DNA of 64,000 nt, taken from the IMG/VR virus record IMGVR_UViG_3300033075_001920; one strand, 5' to 3'. Source of the stretch: a virus. Taxonomy: Duplodnaviria; Heunggongvirae; Uroviricota; Caudoviricetes. The notes below the pieces were generated by a model. It ran no database searches and was not told the DNA's origin. It saw only the letters and a list, made by a program, of their open reading frames with translations. This document shows, in pieces, positions 1 to 8,850 of the stretch. Each line of letters opens with the position of its first letter. Within the stretch, counting starts at the first letter, position 1. A program made the translations under genes and the position numbers.

Positions 1-59
1 AATTTCCAAAAGGATATTTAAAAGCCCCAACCTTATTTCCCTCAACCGATTCGGACAAT

Positions 60-686
60 ATGAATTGTGAATTGTGCGGTAAAACACCCATACGCACGAT
101 GTACTGGCTTCAAAATGATAAAATGAAGTGGACAATGGGTGTAGGCTCTGAATGTGTAACACACTTTGGAGATGGCGCTTCCGGAAAGGACAATGTTAGA
201 CAGTATAAAATTAACCGAGCCATTGTTTTAGACAATGATCTTTTGAATCTAAAAAAACTAATCCGTGAAAAAACATCAAAAATCAGACACATAGGATACG
301 GCAAAGAAGTCAGAGAATGGAATAGTGCTAACTTCTATGATGATTCCGGAAATGATAGAATTCAAGAGTTTTACGATTTAGTAAAAGAAAATAAATTGGA
401 TTTATTGTTTGAAGTTGGTAAAACTGGCCGAAACCGGTCCAATAAAAAAACAATATACTGGGATTATGTGTATGGAGCAATACCAATATTTGGTTATAAA
501 AGAGATATTCTAATGGCTGAGGGGCAGGGTAGAACCAAGGAAAGGATAGAAAAGGATCTTCTGAGCTGGTATTCAAAGAATGAAAAAATAGCTGTAGAAA
601 TGATGCAGCAGTCCATTATGGCTCTTGAATCAGCCTATTCGACAAAAGTAGATTTTAACTCTGAATATATGCAACAACAACCATGA
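60..686 (+). CDS. hypothetical protein with N-terminal CxxC pair
   Basis: 208-codon ORF at the start of the plus-strand block; CELCGK motif near the N-terminus; no recognisable catalytic motif. Confidence 0.5.
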   Translation: MNCELCGKTPIRTMYWLQNDKMKWTMGVGSECVTHFGDGASGKDNVRQYKINRAIVLDNDLLNLKKLIREKTSKIRHIGYGKEVREWNSANFYDDSGNDRIQEFYDLVKENKLDLLFEVGKTGRNRSNKKTIYWDYVYGAIPIFGYKRDILMAEGQGRTKERIEKDLLSWYSKNEKIAVEMMQQSIMALESAYSTKVDFNSEYMQQQP

Positions 687-769
687 AACCCATGTTATCC
701 AACCCTGTGCATAACTGAGGGCAATGTCTTAGATATTAGGCATGTATTTTTGATGAAAATATAAGATAT

Positions 770-1306
770 ATGCGTAATATTAATAAAGTCCTTTCTGCAA
801 ATGGACTTGAACTTGCAAATTTACCGGAAGAATTTCAAACCAGAATTAACAATCTGGAAGCGCAATTTATTGCCTACAATGAAAAGTGCGATGATATAGA
901 GCAAAATCCGGGCAACTACACAGCAGAACAAACCGATGAAGTCTTCCAGGAAGGAAATGGGTTAGATGTTCTTGATGCTGAACTCAGTGGAGAAATAAAA
1001 GCTTGGTACAAATCGGAAAAAGACAGGCTTAAAAAAGAAGCTGCAGAGAACAAAAAGAAAGAGGAAGATCGCCTGAAAGCTGAACAGGAACAAGCCGAGA
1101 AGGAAGCTGCCGATAGAGCTGAAGCTGAACGGTTAGAGAAGGAAAAGGCGGATAGAGAAGCTGCCGATAGAGCAGAAGCTGAAAGGATTGCTGCCGAGCA
1201 GAAACAGAACGATGAAAAGAAAGGATCAGGAGCACTGGGCCTTTTTGTGGGCTTAGGTCTTACTATAATAACACTCGGAGTATACAACGCGTTTAAAGAA
1301 AAATAA
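770..1306 (+). CDS. coiled-coil repeat protein with C-terminal transmembrane anchor
   Basis: E/A/K/R-rich coiled coil with two 18-aa repeats (EAADRAEAER...) and C-terminal hydrophobic segment GALGLFVGLGLTIITLGVY; directly upstream of the endolysin. Confidence 0.55.
   Translation: MRNINKVLSANGLELANLPEEFQTRINNLEAQFIAYNEKCDDIEQNPGNYTAEQTDEVFQEGNGLDVLDAELSGEIKAWYKSEKDRLKKEAAENKKKEEDRLKAEQEQAEKEAADRAEAERLEKEKADREAADRAEAERIAAEQKQNDEKKGSGALGLFVGLGLTIITLGVYNAFKEK
1103..1186 (+). repeat. 54-bp tandem direct repeat (2 near-identical copies) inside coiled-coil gene
   Basis: gaagctgccgatagagc(t/a)gaagctgaa(c/a)gg occurs at 1103 and 1157, giving a 54-nt period. Confidence 0.7.
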
Positions 1307-1311
1307 TCATA

Positions 1312-1977
1312 ATGGCGTATTTGGATACATTATCAACCTCCGCAATTGCAAATGCTAAGATCTTAGCAGAAACATGCCGGTCAAGAGGTGTATCCAATCC
1401 GGTTTCTATTGCTGCGGCAATGTCAGTTGTATCCAAGGAGTCAGGCTTTATTCCCAAGTTCGAAACCGGTTATTCCGGAACTTCTATAAGCCGAATCAGG
1501 GAGATATTCCCTTCTACATTAAAAAACTTTTCCGATGCCCAACTCGTAAAACTCAAAGCGGATGATGTTAAATTTTTTAATGTCATTTATGGTGGAAGGT
1601 ATGGTAATGGTCCAGACGAAGGGTATAAGTACCGTGGTGGTGGACTGAACCAGGTAACGTTTAAAAATAATTATAAAAAGCTTGCCCAATTAACCGGCCA
1701 CGATCTTGTTAACCATCCCGAGCTGATTAACGACATTCACGTAGCTTCGGAATGCATGGTTGAATATTTTAAATCCTGCTTTGTCAATTCTGCACCAATA
1801 GTGCTGAACCGGTACGGAGCCAAACATATTAATGATTTCACCAATTTGGAAACCGCTGCCAAAGCATTTTATAATGCCAATGCCGGGTTTGCCAAGGATA
1901 CCAGAAACAGTAAGATGGATGGATATAAAAGGACACTTGATCGGGTGGATGAATTATACAGTCTAATACATTTTTAA
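1312..1977 (+). CDS. GH19-like (chitinase class I fold) endolysin
   Basis: SKESGF..FETG and YKYRGGGLNQVTFKNNY match the GH19 catalytic region (two Glu, Y.GRG.xQ.T...NY); no signal peptide; followed by membrane proteins. Confidence 0.65.
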   Translation: MAYLDTLSTSAIANAKILAETCRSRGVSNPVSIAAAMSVVSKESGFIPKFETGYSGTSISRIREIFPSTLKNFSDAQLVKLKADDVKFFNVIYGGRYGNGPDEGYKYRGGGLNQVTFKNNYKKLAQLTGHDLVNHPELINDIHVASECMVEYFKSCFVNSAPIVLNRYGAKHINDFTNLETAAKAFYNANAGFAKDTRNSKMDGYKRTLDRVDELYSLIHF

Positions 1978-2226
1978 ATGACAGAATTATATATCATATG
2001 GTTTGAAACAGCCAAAGAACTAGAAATCAGCCAAGCGGCTAGTTTTCTACAATTAGGACTTGGTGTTTTTTATGGTCCGGATGAAAACTGGCCAAACGGA
2101 TATAAAAGGCTCGAGCAACCATTAAATCAGGAACAGATTGAAATTGTCAATCAGTTGTGCGATCAGCATGTTGCTATTAATTGTGTAAGAGGACCTTATC
2201 CTCCGTATTCACCTACAGGTAGATGA
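1978..2226 (+). CDS. hypothetical protein (82 aa)
   Basis: ORF abutting endolysin stop (TAAATG); operon context. Confidence 0.4.
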   Translation: MTELYIIWFETAKELEISQAASFLQLGLGVFYGPDENWPNGYKRLEQPLNQEQIEIVNQLCDQHVAINCVRGPYPPYSPTGR

Positions 2227-2702
2227 AAAATCAATTTAAAATCACAGAGATGGCTAAATTTATGCTGGCAATGTGTTTAAGAACCTTAGAACACAGATAT
2301 TACTGCTATGGGCTTTTCAATAGCCGTATTATCAATATCGTGTTACTGTGGTCTATTATTCCAATTGGAATACTTGCTTATCTGATCATGTACAAGTGGC
2401 TTCCTGCAGATGCAATTTATCAGCAATGGGATGCCAACTTTATTTCCGAGAGCATACAATTCTTTTTTATGGGTCTTTTGATTTATTCGTCGTTTCAAGG
2501 TACCAGACATGCCGGCATGGCAACATCAGTACTGATATACTTTATTTTTCACCTGATCAATAGTATTCGTGGCGTGTACATGAAGGTCTGGTGGTTTGGT
2601 CTATCGTGGAAACTGGTTTTGCTGGGGATGGTCTTTTTTACCTTTTACAAATATTTTAAAGGGGCTAAAAAAGATAACCATGTCGAACGAACAATTAAAT
2701 GA
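2223..2702 (+). CDS. multi-pass membrane protein, holin candidate
   Basis: 3-4 hydrophobic helices (IINIVLLWSIIPIGILAYLIMY, SIQFFFMGLLIYSSF, MATSVLIYFIFHLI, LSWKLVLLGMVFFTFY); ATGA overlap with upstream gene; next to endolysin. Confidence 0.5.
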   Translation: MKNQFKITEMAKFMLAMCLRTLEHRYYCYGLFNSRIINIVLLWSIIPIGILAYLIMYKWLPADAIYQQWDANFISESIQFFFMGLLIYSSFQGTRHAGMATSVLIYFIFHLINSIRGVYMKVWWFGLSWKLVLLGMVFFTFYKYFKGAKKDNHVERTIK

Positions 2703-3012
2703 ATGGCTCGGAGTACTGCTTTGGCTGGCAGTAGTATCGCTTACGAAAATAGCATCAGCTTCAAAGGATAAAAAATTAACCACAGCTGAGATGGTTTCAG
2801 AAGTTGCACATGCCTTTTTTGGAGGCATTTTTGCATATCTTTCCATACGCGCTTACAAGGATTTTCAGTGGAAGTGGGCGGTCATTACCGGTGGGGCTGC
2901 AGCAGGAGCTGAACTAATGAAATTTTTTACCCTCAATGTTAAAGCCGGTCTTCGAACGGTAGGAAAAAAAGTTCAAAGTAAAGTCGACAATATTGATAAT
3001 TTAGAAAAATAG
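2680..3012 (+). CDS. small membrane protein (second holin/antiholin candidate)
   Basis: ATG at 2680 within track ORF 2596-3012 chosen to avoid a long out-of-frame overlap; TM LGVLLWLAVVSLTKIA. Confidence 0.4.
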   Translation: MSNEQLNEWLGVLLWLAVVSLTKIASASKDKKLTTAEMVSEVAHAFFGGIFAYLSIRAYKDFQWKWAVITGGAAAGAELMKFFTLNVKAGLRTVGKKVQSKVDNIDNLEK

Positions 3013-3051
3013 TCTATTTTTGAATTTTCAAAACCATTAAATATTATACAT

Positions 3052-3300
3052 ATGGATAGTCAACCAACCCAAGAAGGCAGACCCCTTACCTATGGAGAAA
3101 AAGCCGTAGGTCTTTCTTTTAATCCATCAGGAGATCCGGCAGTAAATGAATGTAAAAGCATTTTTGCAAGAGCGATTGATCAGATGAATGATCTAAGAGA
3201 AAAATCCGAAAGTAATGAGCAGAAGCGCCATTGTTCTATTGCCATTACCGATATGGAGACAGCCCAGATGAGAGCTGTTAAAGCTATTACCTGGAAATAA
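3052..3300 (+). CDS. hypothetical protein (82 aa)
   Basis: ORF ending just before terminator. Confidence 0.4.
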   Translation: MDSQPTQEGRPLTYGEKAVGLSFNPSGDPAVNECKSIFARAIDQMNDLREKSESNEQKRHCSIAITDMETAQMRAVKAITWK

Positions 3301-3331
3301 CGATCTGAAATTGTACTGTTCCACCACTTAA

Positions 3332-3368
3332 AAGAAGCCGGTTCGAAAGAATTCGGCTTCTTTTATTA
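3332..3368 (+). terminator. rho-independent terminator
   Basis: perfect 9-bp stem aagaagccg/cggcttctt with 13-nt loop followed by ttttatt. Confidence 0.7.
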
Positions 3369-3400
3369 CATTTGTATAGTATTTTTATTTTTTATTTTGG

Positions 3401-3434
3401 TATCTGAGTCCTGTAGCAATATAGGACTCAGATA
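3401..3434. other. perfect 12-bp inverted-repeat hairpin in AT-rich spacer
   Basis: tatctgagtcct-gtagcaatat-aggactcagata; no T-run on either strand. Confidence 0.5.
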
Positions 3435-3516
3435 TTGTAAATCAAACAATTATAAAAAATGTGTTTAAAATAATATACAGATTCTGAATCTAAAAAAATA
3501 TCCTTTTTATTATCTA

Positions 3517-3524
3517 TATTTTTG
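3517..3524 (+). promoter_or_regulatory. candidate Bacteroidetes -7 promoter box (TAnnTTTG)
   Basis: tatttttg about 20 nt upstream of ATG 3544, after terminator. Confidence 0.35.
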
Positions 3525-3543
3525 TATGATAAATCAAAGGATT

Positions 3544-3807
3544 ATGCAAAATTTTTTAAATACAGCTCTCGGCTCATATCTTAAAGTTTTACTTGCTATG
3601 GTCTTAGCTATTGTATTAAAAGACATTGAGTCCGGCAAGACTCTTATGGATATTCTTCACAAAAGCAATCTCAATACCTATGGTACAATTTTGCTCAGTG
3701 GGCTTATTCCTATTATAATCAATGCCCTGAATCCAAAAGATCTTCGCTATGGTAAAAAACCAAAGCCAAAGGATTTCGAAACCAAAACAGACAAACCCAC
3801 TAATTAA
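3544..3807 (+). CDS. membrane protein
   Basis: internal ATG of track ORF 3526-3807 placed downstream of promoter box; TM LGSYLKVLLAMVLAIVL and YGTILLSGLIPIIINAL. Confidence 0.5.
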   Translation: MQNFLNTALGSYLKVLLAMVLAIVLKDIESGKTLMDILHKSNLNTYGTILLSGLIPIIINALNPKDLRYGKKPKPKDFETKTDKPTN

Positions 3808-3818
3808 TCATAGTTATT

Positions 3819-3935
3819 ATGGCAACAACAGAAAAAACTCCGTCATTAGGAATGGCTATCCTCGGCTTAGGTATATCACTGGCAGTGGTATTTACAGTAG
3901 CCTATGTAGCCGGAAAAGGCTGGAAAAAAGCGTGA
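3819..3935 (+). CDS. small membrane protein (38 aa)
   Basis: ATG 3819; MATTEKTPSLGMAILGLGISLAVVFTVAYVAGKGWKKA; too short for the ORF track. Confidence 0.35.
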   Translation: MATTEKTPSLGMAILGLGISLAVVFTVAYVAGKGWKKA

Positions 3936-4417
3936 ATAAAGTTTTCGAGCATATCGGTGGTGCTGCTAAGGGTAGTTTGTCCGGAGCATTGGTATACGCA
4001 GGCATAATAGGTCTGATGCTTACCGATGCTGTTCTGACACCTGGGGATATCGCTGCCGACATGCGTGAAAAATCACTCAGGGATAAAATGAGTGAGGGCA
4101 CTATCACTTCCGGGCAATATCAGAAAAAGGCTTCCAATGCTTTTACCTTATATCCTCCCGCATGGTGGGCTCTTGTTCTTGGTCTGGTTTATGTTTCAAA
4201 GGGCGATTATGTTCAGAAAGCAAAATTTGCCGGTATACTCATTGGTTCGGGTGCACTTGCCGCTTTAGCCTTGAATACAAAAAAGCCGGATATTTTGACC
4301 GTAAGAGATAATATGCCGAAGTCAAAACCGGTATCCAGCACCCTGCCTTTCAACGGCCCGAACAAAAAGAAACGAATGGCTCTTATGAGCGGAAATAAAT
4401 TAAAATTCATCAAGTAA
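3932..4417 (+). CDS. membrane protein
   Basis: GTG 3932 overlapping upstream TGA (GTGA); in frame with track ORF 3749-4417 whose N-terminal extension overlaps two genes; TMs GSLSGALVYAGIIGLML and WWALVLGLVYV. Confidence 0.45.
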   Translation: MNKVFEHIGGAAKGSLSGALVYAGIIGLMLTDAVLTPGDIAADMREKSLRDKMSEGTITSGQYQKKASNAFTLYPPAWWALVLGLVYVSKGDYVQKAKFAGILIGSGALAALALNTKKPDILTVRDNMPKSKPVSSTLPFNGPNKKKRMALMSGNKLKFIK

Positions 4418-4744
4418 ATGGATCCAACACCCAGCCCTACACCGCCAGCATTTGGCTCAGGTCCTCCGCCACCGCCACCAGCGCCACCTGCACCGCCAGC
4501 AACTCCACCAGCGCCACCAATGGCTGAGGGTGGTCAAACTCAATCATCAACTGATGTGGGACAATGGGTTGCTATTGTACTCATTTCGCTTACGTTGGTG
4601 AATTTAGTTCTACAAATATCTTTAAATAGGAAACAGCATGCTCAAATCGGTAAAACCGACGACCAGATAAAAAGAGATATCAAAGAACTTAAACTGAACG
4701 TCCAAAAATCGATGGGAGATAAATATGAACCAGTCACAGTCTGA
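4418..4744 (+). CDS. proline-rich membrane protein
   Basis: PPPPPAPPAPPATPPAPP tract then TM WVAIVLISLTLVNLVLQI. Confidence 0.5.
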   Translation: MDPTPSPTPPAFGSGPPPPPPAPPAPPATPPAPPMAEGGQTQSSTDVGQWVAIVLISLTLVNLVLQISLNRKQHAQIGKTDDQIKRDIKELKLNVQKSMGDKYEPVTV

Positions 4745-5387
4745 TTTCCTTGATAAAGTAGTTTATGGAACACCCACAGACAGCGATAAGCCGTTTTTGG
4801 TCAAATCTGAATTCGATGAAGTTTTAACCTCTCTTTACATTAAACCTTTCCCGGCATCCGGAAGCGAGGCGACCAAGGATGAAATCCGTGAGCTGATTGC
4901 ACTTCAGCAAGATGCAGCTCAAATGGACCCGAAAATCTCCGGAAGATACCTGCGCTACGACCAGGATATCATTGGTAGTCTTAAAATTATCATTGCCAAA
5001 CATATTCCGGATGAATCAATATCCGGGCTTATTGATCAGATAGTGCAGGATTGCCTGCCGATCATCACCAAATTAAAATACAAATTTCAACGACCAAGGC
5101 CAAATCAGATAGCGCAGTATTTAAAAGCAGCACTGTTTCCCCTTAAAAGTGTTTCCGCATTAAGCCCATCATATCCTTCTGCCAGTGTATTTTATACTCA
5201 GGCTATTTGTGAAGTAATCGGGAGTAAATATCCGGATAAACATGAACTGCTTGAAGAGTTGACTTTCGATGTGGCAACCAGTCGCCTGTATCATGGATTG
5301 AACTATGCAACAGATAATGAATTTGCCATTTACGCGGCAAAGCAGTTATGTAAGCTAAAAGCATTTACAACTAAGTACGGAATATAA
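4725..5387 (+). CDS. hypothetical protein (220 aa)
   Basis: ORF in late operon. Confidence 0.5.
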   Translation: MNQSQSDFLDKVVYGTPTDSDKPFLVKSEFDEVLTSLYIKPFPASGSEATKDEIRELIALQQDAAQMDPKISGRYLRYDQDIIGSLKIIIAKHIPDESISGLIDQIVQDCLPIITKLKYKFQRPRPNQIAQYLKAALFPLKSVSALSPSYPSASVFYTQAICEVIGSKYPDKHELLEELTFDVATSRLYHGLNYATDNEFAIYAAKQLCKLKAFTTKYGI

Positions 5388-5855
5388 ATGTCAATAAAAA
5401 AGAAGATGTCAAGAAACTTAACACAGGATAACCGTCAGCTCAGGGAGTTTTTAAGCGTATTAACTTCTTCAATAGATAATTTGGGTATTATGCAAACTAC
5501 TCAGATACTCAAGAAAGCACGTAATTCCACAACCATTAATACAGATCTTGCGCATGCAACATATATTGTTGCCGAAATCTTTCAGCTAGCCCCGGATGCT
5601 CTTTTTGGCAAAAGCAGGAAATACCCAAGAAAGTATGCATTTGCAATTTGGGCATTTATAGCATCTGCAGATCTGAATTATTCACTCAAAGACACTTCCT
5701 TATATTGTAAAGCATCAGAAAGCACTTTAAGTAAAAATATAAAGTTTGCCAGAGAATTCCCGGAAAAGACGAAATTTGAAAAGGATATAAAGTTAAAATT
5801 CAATCAATGCCGAGAACGCATTAAAGAACAAATAGTAAATAAATATAGTAAATAG
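5388..5855 (+). CDS. DnaA C-terminal domain-like HTH protein
   Basis: KSRKYPRKYAFAIWAFIASADLNYSLKDTSLYCKASESTLSKNIKF resembles DnaA domain IV pattern (..R....AR..AMYL...L...SL..IG..F....STV..A..KI). Confidence 0.4.
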   Translation: MSIKKKMSRNLTQDNRQLREFLSVLTSSIDNLGIMQTTQILKKARNSTTINTDLAHATYIVAEIFQLAPDALFGKSRKYPRKYAFAIWAFIASADLNYSLKDTSLYCKASESTLSKNIKFAREFPEKTKFEKDIKLKFNQCRERIKEQIVNKYSK

Positions 5856-5859
5856 TATT

Positions 5860-7002
5860 ATGACCATAGAAAAGAATGACGAATCCGTTTTTTCCCCGTT
5901 TGAAGGAAATGTAAGAGACAGATCATACACCAAACCTGCGATATCACAGAATGAAGTAGGCGGCGAAATTCCTGAGCCTGTATATACCCCTCCTACTATG
6001 GGGCAGATGCAGGAAGCCATGAACGATAAGGCTTTTGAAAATAATCTCGGGGGATTTGGTGCAAAACCTCAATCAAATACCACTTCCAGCACTTCCGGCT
6101 CAGGAAATTCTTCTTCTGGTGGTGATAAAGTAACACCTCCGCCAAAAGCACCTATGCAACCGGTCAATCCGGTCATGAACGAACTGGAGGATACTGAAAA
6201 AAGAAAAGCGGCTCAGATAGCAGTTGAAGCTGCTATGGACGGATACAAAGGTTTGAATAAGTTTGGAAACAGTAAAATCATGTTCAACCTTCCGAAGATT
6301 TCCAAGATGGTTAAGGAAGGAAAGGTAGACCCGCGTATTATTCTCGAACCGGAACCCGGTATAAAGATGCCACTTTTGGAATATATGAAGACATATAACG
6401 CCAATGTGGATGGTATAATCAGTGTTAGCCCTGAATTTGAAAAAAAGGTAAAACCGATTATGACCAGGGTGTTTATGAAAAGGGGAATTGGTATGTCTGA
6501 TGAAGGGCTTTTAGCTTATTACTTCGGAATGGATATTCTGACCAAAACCAAATTGCTCTACGACCTGAATAAGACACTCAAAGATCTGACAGGTGATATT
6601 ATTGAAAGGTCAGCTATTACATTAGCCGGCTCTCCAATCGCGTCCCAGACTTCATATCAACCCGACGTTACTGAGCCTCAGGAAAAAAGAAGTCATCCCG
6701 AGCCTGACCCAACGCCCTCAGGTGGAAACAACTCAGGTGGAGAAAGAGAATTTATAGAACCCCAACAGGAAATAAGCCGTACTTTTGAAGAACCGGAAGA
6801 AAAATCTGCTGTAAAAGAGGAAGTTCATCACGAACCAATTTCTGTCAGCACTGTAAAGGAAAGAACAGGTTCCGAAAAAGTAGAGCAGCCAGTTATTGTT
6901 ACTTCGAAAAGAAAAAGCAAACCTCCTCAATTTGGCAATCCTGAAATATTGAGTGATATGGAACGTGTGGCTAAAAAGGGTACAACAAGAAAAAGAAGAT
7001 AA
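5860..7002 (+). CDS. hypothetical protein with low-complexity S/G/P/E-rich segments and basic C-terminus
   Basis: 380-aa ORF; C-terminal KKGTTRKRR; 1-nt overlap with next gene. Confidence 0.5.
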   Translation: MTIEKNDESVFSPFEGNVRDRSYTKPAISQNEVGGEIPEPVYTPPTMGQMQEAMNDKAFENNLGGFGAKPQSNTTSSTSGSGNSSSGGDKVTPPPKAPMQPVNPVMNELEDTEKRKAAQIAVEAAMDGYKGLNKFGNSKIMFNLPKISKMVKEGKVDPRIILEPEPGIKMPLLEYMKTYNANVDGIISVSPEFEKKVKPIMTRVFMKRGIGMSDEGLLAYYFGMDILTKTKLLYDLNKTLKDLTGDIIERSAITLAGSPIASQTSYQPDVTEPQEKRSHPEPDPTPSGGNNSGGEREFIEPQQEISRTFEEPEEKSAVKEEVHHEPISVSTVKERTGSEKVEQPVIVTSKRKSKPPQFGNPEILSDMERVAKKGTTRKRR

Positions 7003-7850
7003 TGGAAGAACTACGCGAACCATTATTAGGTGTGGCCATTGGCAAAAAAGGGGTTGGAAAATCATATCAGACCGATAAACTGATATCGGGCTATATTGCC
7101 GGTAATCCATCTAAGGGTATAAAGGGAAGAAAAGTATTAATCATAGATCCCAACGATGAGTATACCCATATCAAGGCTATTGCATTACAGGATGTAGTTC
7201 GCTTCTCGGTCAGCCCGGTAGTGGAAGCCAGAAGAATTCGTCCATATATCATTGATAAAAATGGTAACACCGAAAGAATGCGATTGGAAGATCTATCCAA
7301 TACTTTAAATATTGTAATGGATGCTTTTTCCGGAGGTCTTCTATTAGTAGAGGATATTAACCGCTATGTGGGAGATAATATGAAGCAGGACGTTATGGGT
7401 GCCATAGCAACCAACCGTCATAGAGATCAGGATATTATTTTGCATTATCAAGGTATTGGACGTATCGGTCCTAAGGTATGGCAGAATTTAAACTGGCTCA
7501 GGTTCCATAAAATCACAGAACCGGTTCACCGCCATAAAAACAAATTCATAGACAAATATGAATTATTGCGTATTACCGAGATTATGGTCAATAATGAATT
7601 CTTCAATGACAATATCCGCTATTTTATTTATGTCGATTGCGACAATATGAAACTGCAGGGAAATATTGATTCTGAAAAATTCAATAAGGCTTGTCTGGAA
7701 TACCTGGAAGAAAACTATTCAACTACCATAGGTCCGATGCTTAGAAGCAGGGGAGATGGTGGCAAAAAAAGATACACTTATGAATCCGCGCTTGCCCATG
7801 AGAAGGACAGGCTTACTAAGTTGTATTTAAAATCAAAGTCTAAAGATTGA
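7002..7850 (+). CDS. P-loop NTPase, candidate genome-packaging ATPase
   Basis: Walker A GKKGVGKS, Walker B-like VLIIDPNDE; immediately upstream of candidate major virion protein. Confidence 0.6.
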   Translation: MEELREPLLGVAIGKKGVGKSYQTDKLISGYIAGNPSKGIKGRKVLIIDPNDEYTHIKAIALQDVVRFSVSPVVEARRIRPYIIDKNGNTERMRLEDLSNTLNIVMDAFSGGLLLVEDINRYVGDNMKQDVMGAIATNRHRDQDIILHYQGIGRIGPKVWQNLNWLRFHKITEPVHRHKNKFIDKYELLRITEIMVNNEFFNDNIRYFIYVDCDNMKLQGNIDSEKFNKACLEYLEENYSTTIGPMLRSRGDGGKKRYTYESALAHEKDRLTKLYLKSKSKD

Positions 7851-7899
7851 ATAATAGCAAGGCTTTTGCCTCTTTATTCAAATAAAATCAACTTTCAAC

Positions 7900-8769
7900 T
7901 TGCTTTTACATCGTGTTGGTAATGAGTTATTACCGAGGATGTGTTATATTTTTGAATTCGATTATCAGTCTGTGCTGAAAATCACCCAAGACTCATCGAG
8001 AAAACGACAACAAAAATTTTTACAACACATTAAAAACACCCTTCAAAAAATGAGACAAAACAATAACATCCGTCAATACTTGGATGAAGCGTCTAACAAC
8101 GCACATCAGAAGTTTTTGAACGCGGACGGTTTCTTTGATGACGATCTGAGCTTCACAGCCGGAGAAGACTTCATGAATACCGACGGCAACGCGGTCAGTA
8201 ATGGACCTGCTCCAACCTCTCAGCCATACATCATCATTGTAACAAACACAGGTTCTGCTGTTTCGAACTTTGATTTCCTTGGCTCTAACCAGTACTTGTT
8301 CGATACTGCGACATCAGCATGGACTACCGCCGGTAATCTGGTGGTAAGTAACATCACGATTTCCAGTGGTATCCCGAACATCACGTACCGTGAGGCTCTT
8401 CAACAATTCCAGCAATCGCCGTTCAGTGTGGGTCTTACCTACATTCAGTCGTCTTCTGCTTCTCAGTTGTTACAGGCCATTTCCGTAAACACCAGAGACG
8501 CTAATGGTAACTTGGCGCAAAAACCATTGATTCCAACCATTGACCCGTATCAGCAACAAACTACAGTGCTGGCCATGAAATTTGGCTACCGCATTGATGG
8601 TTTCACAAAGCTGATCATCAACTCAGTGCTGGCTTCAACAACAGTAACCTTCAACATCTACCCATCAGACAACATCAACATCGCTCGTGGTCTGACTGGA
8701 AAACAGGTGTCAAGAGAGTTCGCTTCTCCTGGTATCGTGAAATCACAGACAGTACGTCTGGTTCAGTAA
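7900..8769 (+). CDS. abundant beta-rich virion protein, major capsid candidate
   Basis: track ORF starts at TTG 7900 (likely true start ATG 8050, MRQNNN); own promoter box and strong terminator bracket this single gene; T/S/N-rich beta-strand-like sequence. Confidence 0.5.
   Translation: MLLHRVGNELLPRMCYIFEFDYQSVLKITQDSSRKRQQKFLQHIKNTLQKMRQNNNIRQYLDEASNNAHQKFLNADGFFDDDLSFTAGEDFMNTDGNAVSNGPAPTSQPYIIIVTNTGSAVSNFDFLGSNQYLFDTATSAWTTAGNLVVSNITISSGIPNITYREALQQFQQSPFSVGLTYIQSSSASQLLQAISVNTRDANGNLAQKPLIPTIDPYQQQTTVLAMKFGYRIDGFTKLIINSVLASTTVTFNIYPSDNINIARGLTGKQVSREFASPGIVKSQTVRLVQ
7947..7954 (+). promoter_or_regulatory. candidate -7 promoter box (TAnnTTTG)
   Basis: tatttttg upstream of likely start ATG 8050. 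Confidence 0.35.
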
Positions 8770-8797
8770 CCAAACCACCCAACACAAAATTCCAAAA

Positions 8798-8836
8798 CGG
8801 GGCTGAATGCTGTCTAAGCTCAGCTCCGTTTTTTTT
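8798..8836 (+). terminator. rho-independent terminator
   Basis: cggggctga/ctcagctccg 9-bp stem (one G-U) followed by T8. Confidence 0.75.
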
Positions 8837-8850
8837 AAAACAAAAATCAC

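Noticed and set aside
916-1287. Minus-strand ORFs (916-1287 and 1029-1235) antisense to the coiled-coil repeat gene
   Set aside because: Low-complexity S/A/L-rich translations produced by reverse reading of a GAA/GCT-rich repeat; no start context; fully contained in a better sense-strand gene.
3336-3352. GGTTCGAAAGAATTC resembling a tRNA T-arm
   Set aside because: It is the loop and stem of a terminator hairpin; no acceptor or anticodon arms fold around it. No tRNA-like cloverleaf found elsewhere by eye.
3749-3935. N-terminal 61 codons of track ORF 3749-4417
   Set aside because: Would overlap two upstream genes out of frame; an in-frame GTG at 3932 overlapping the upstream TGA gives a compact coupled gene instead.
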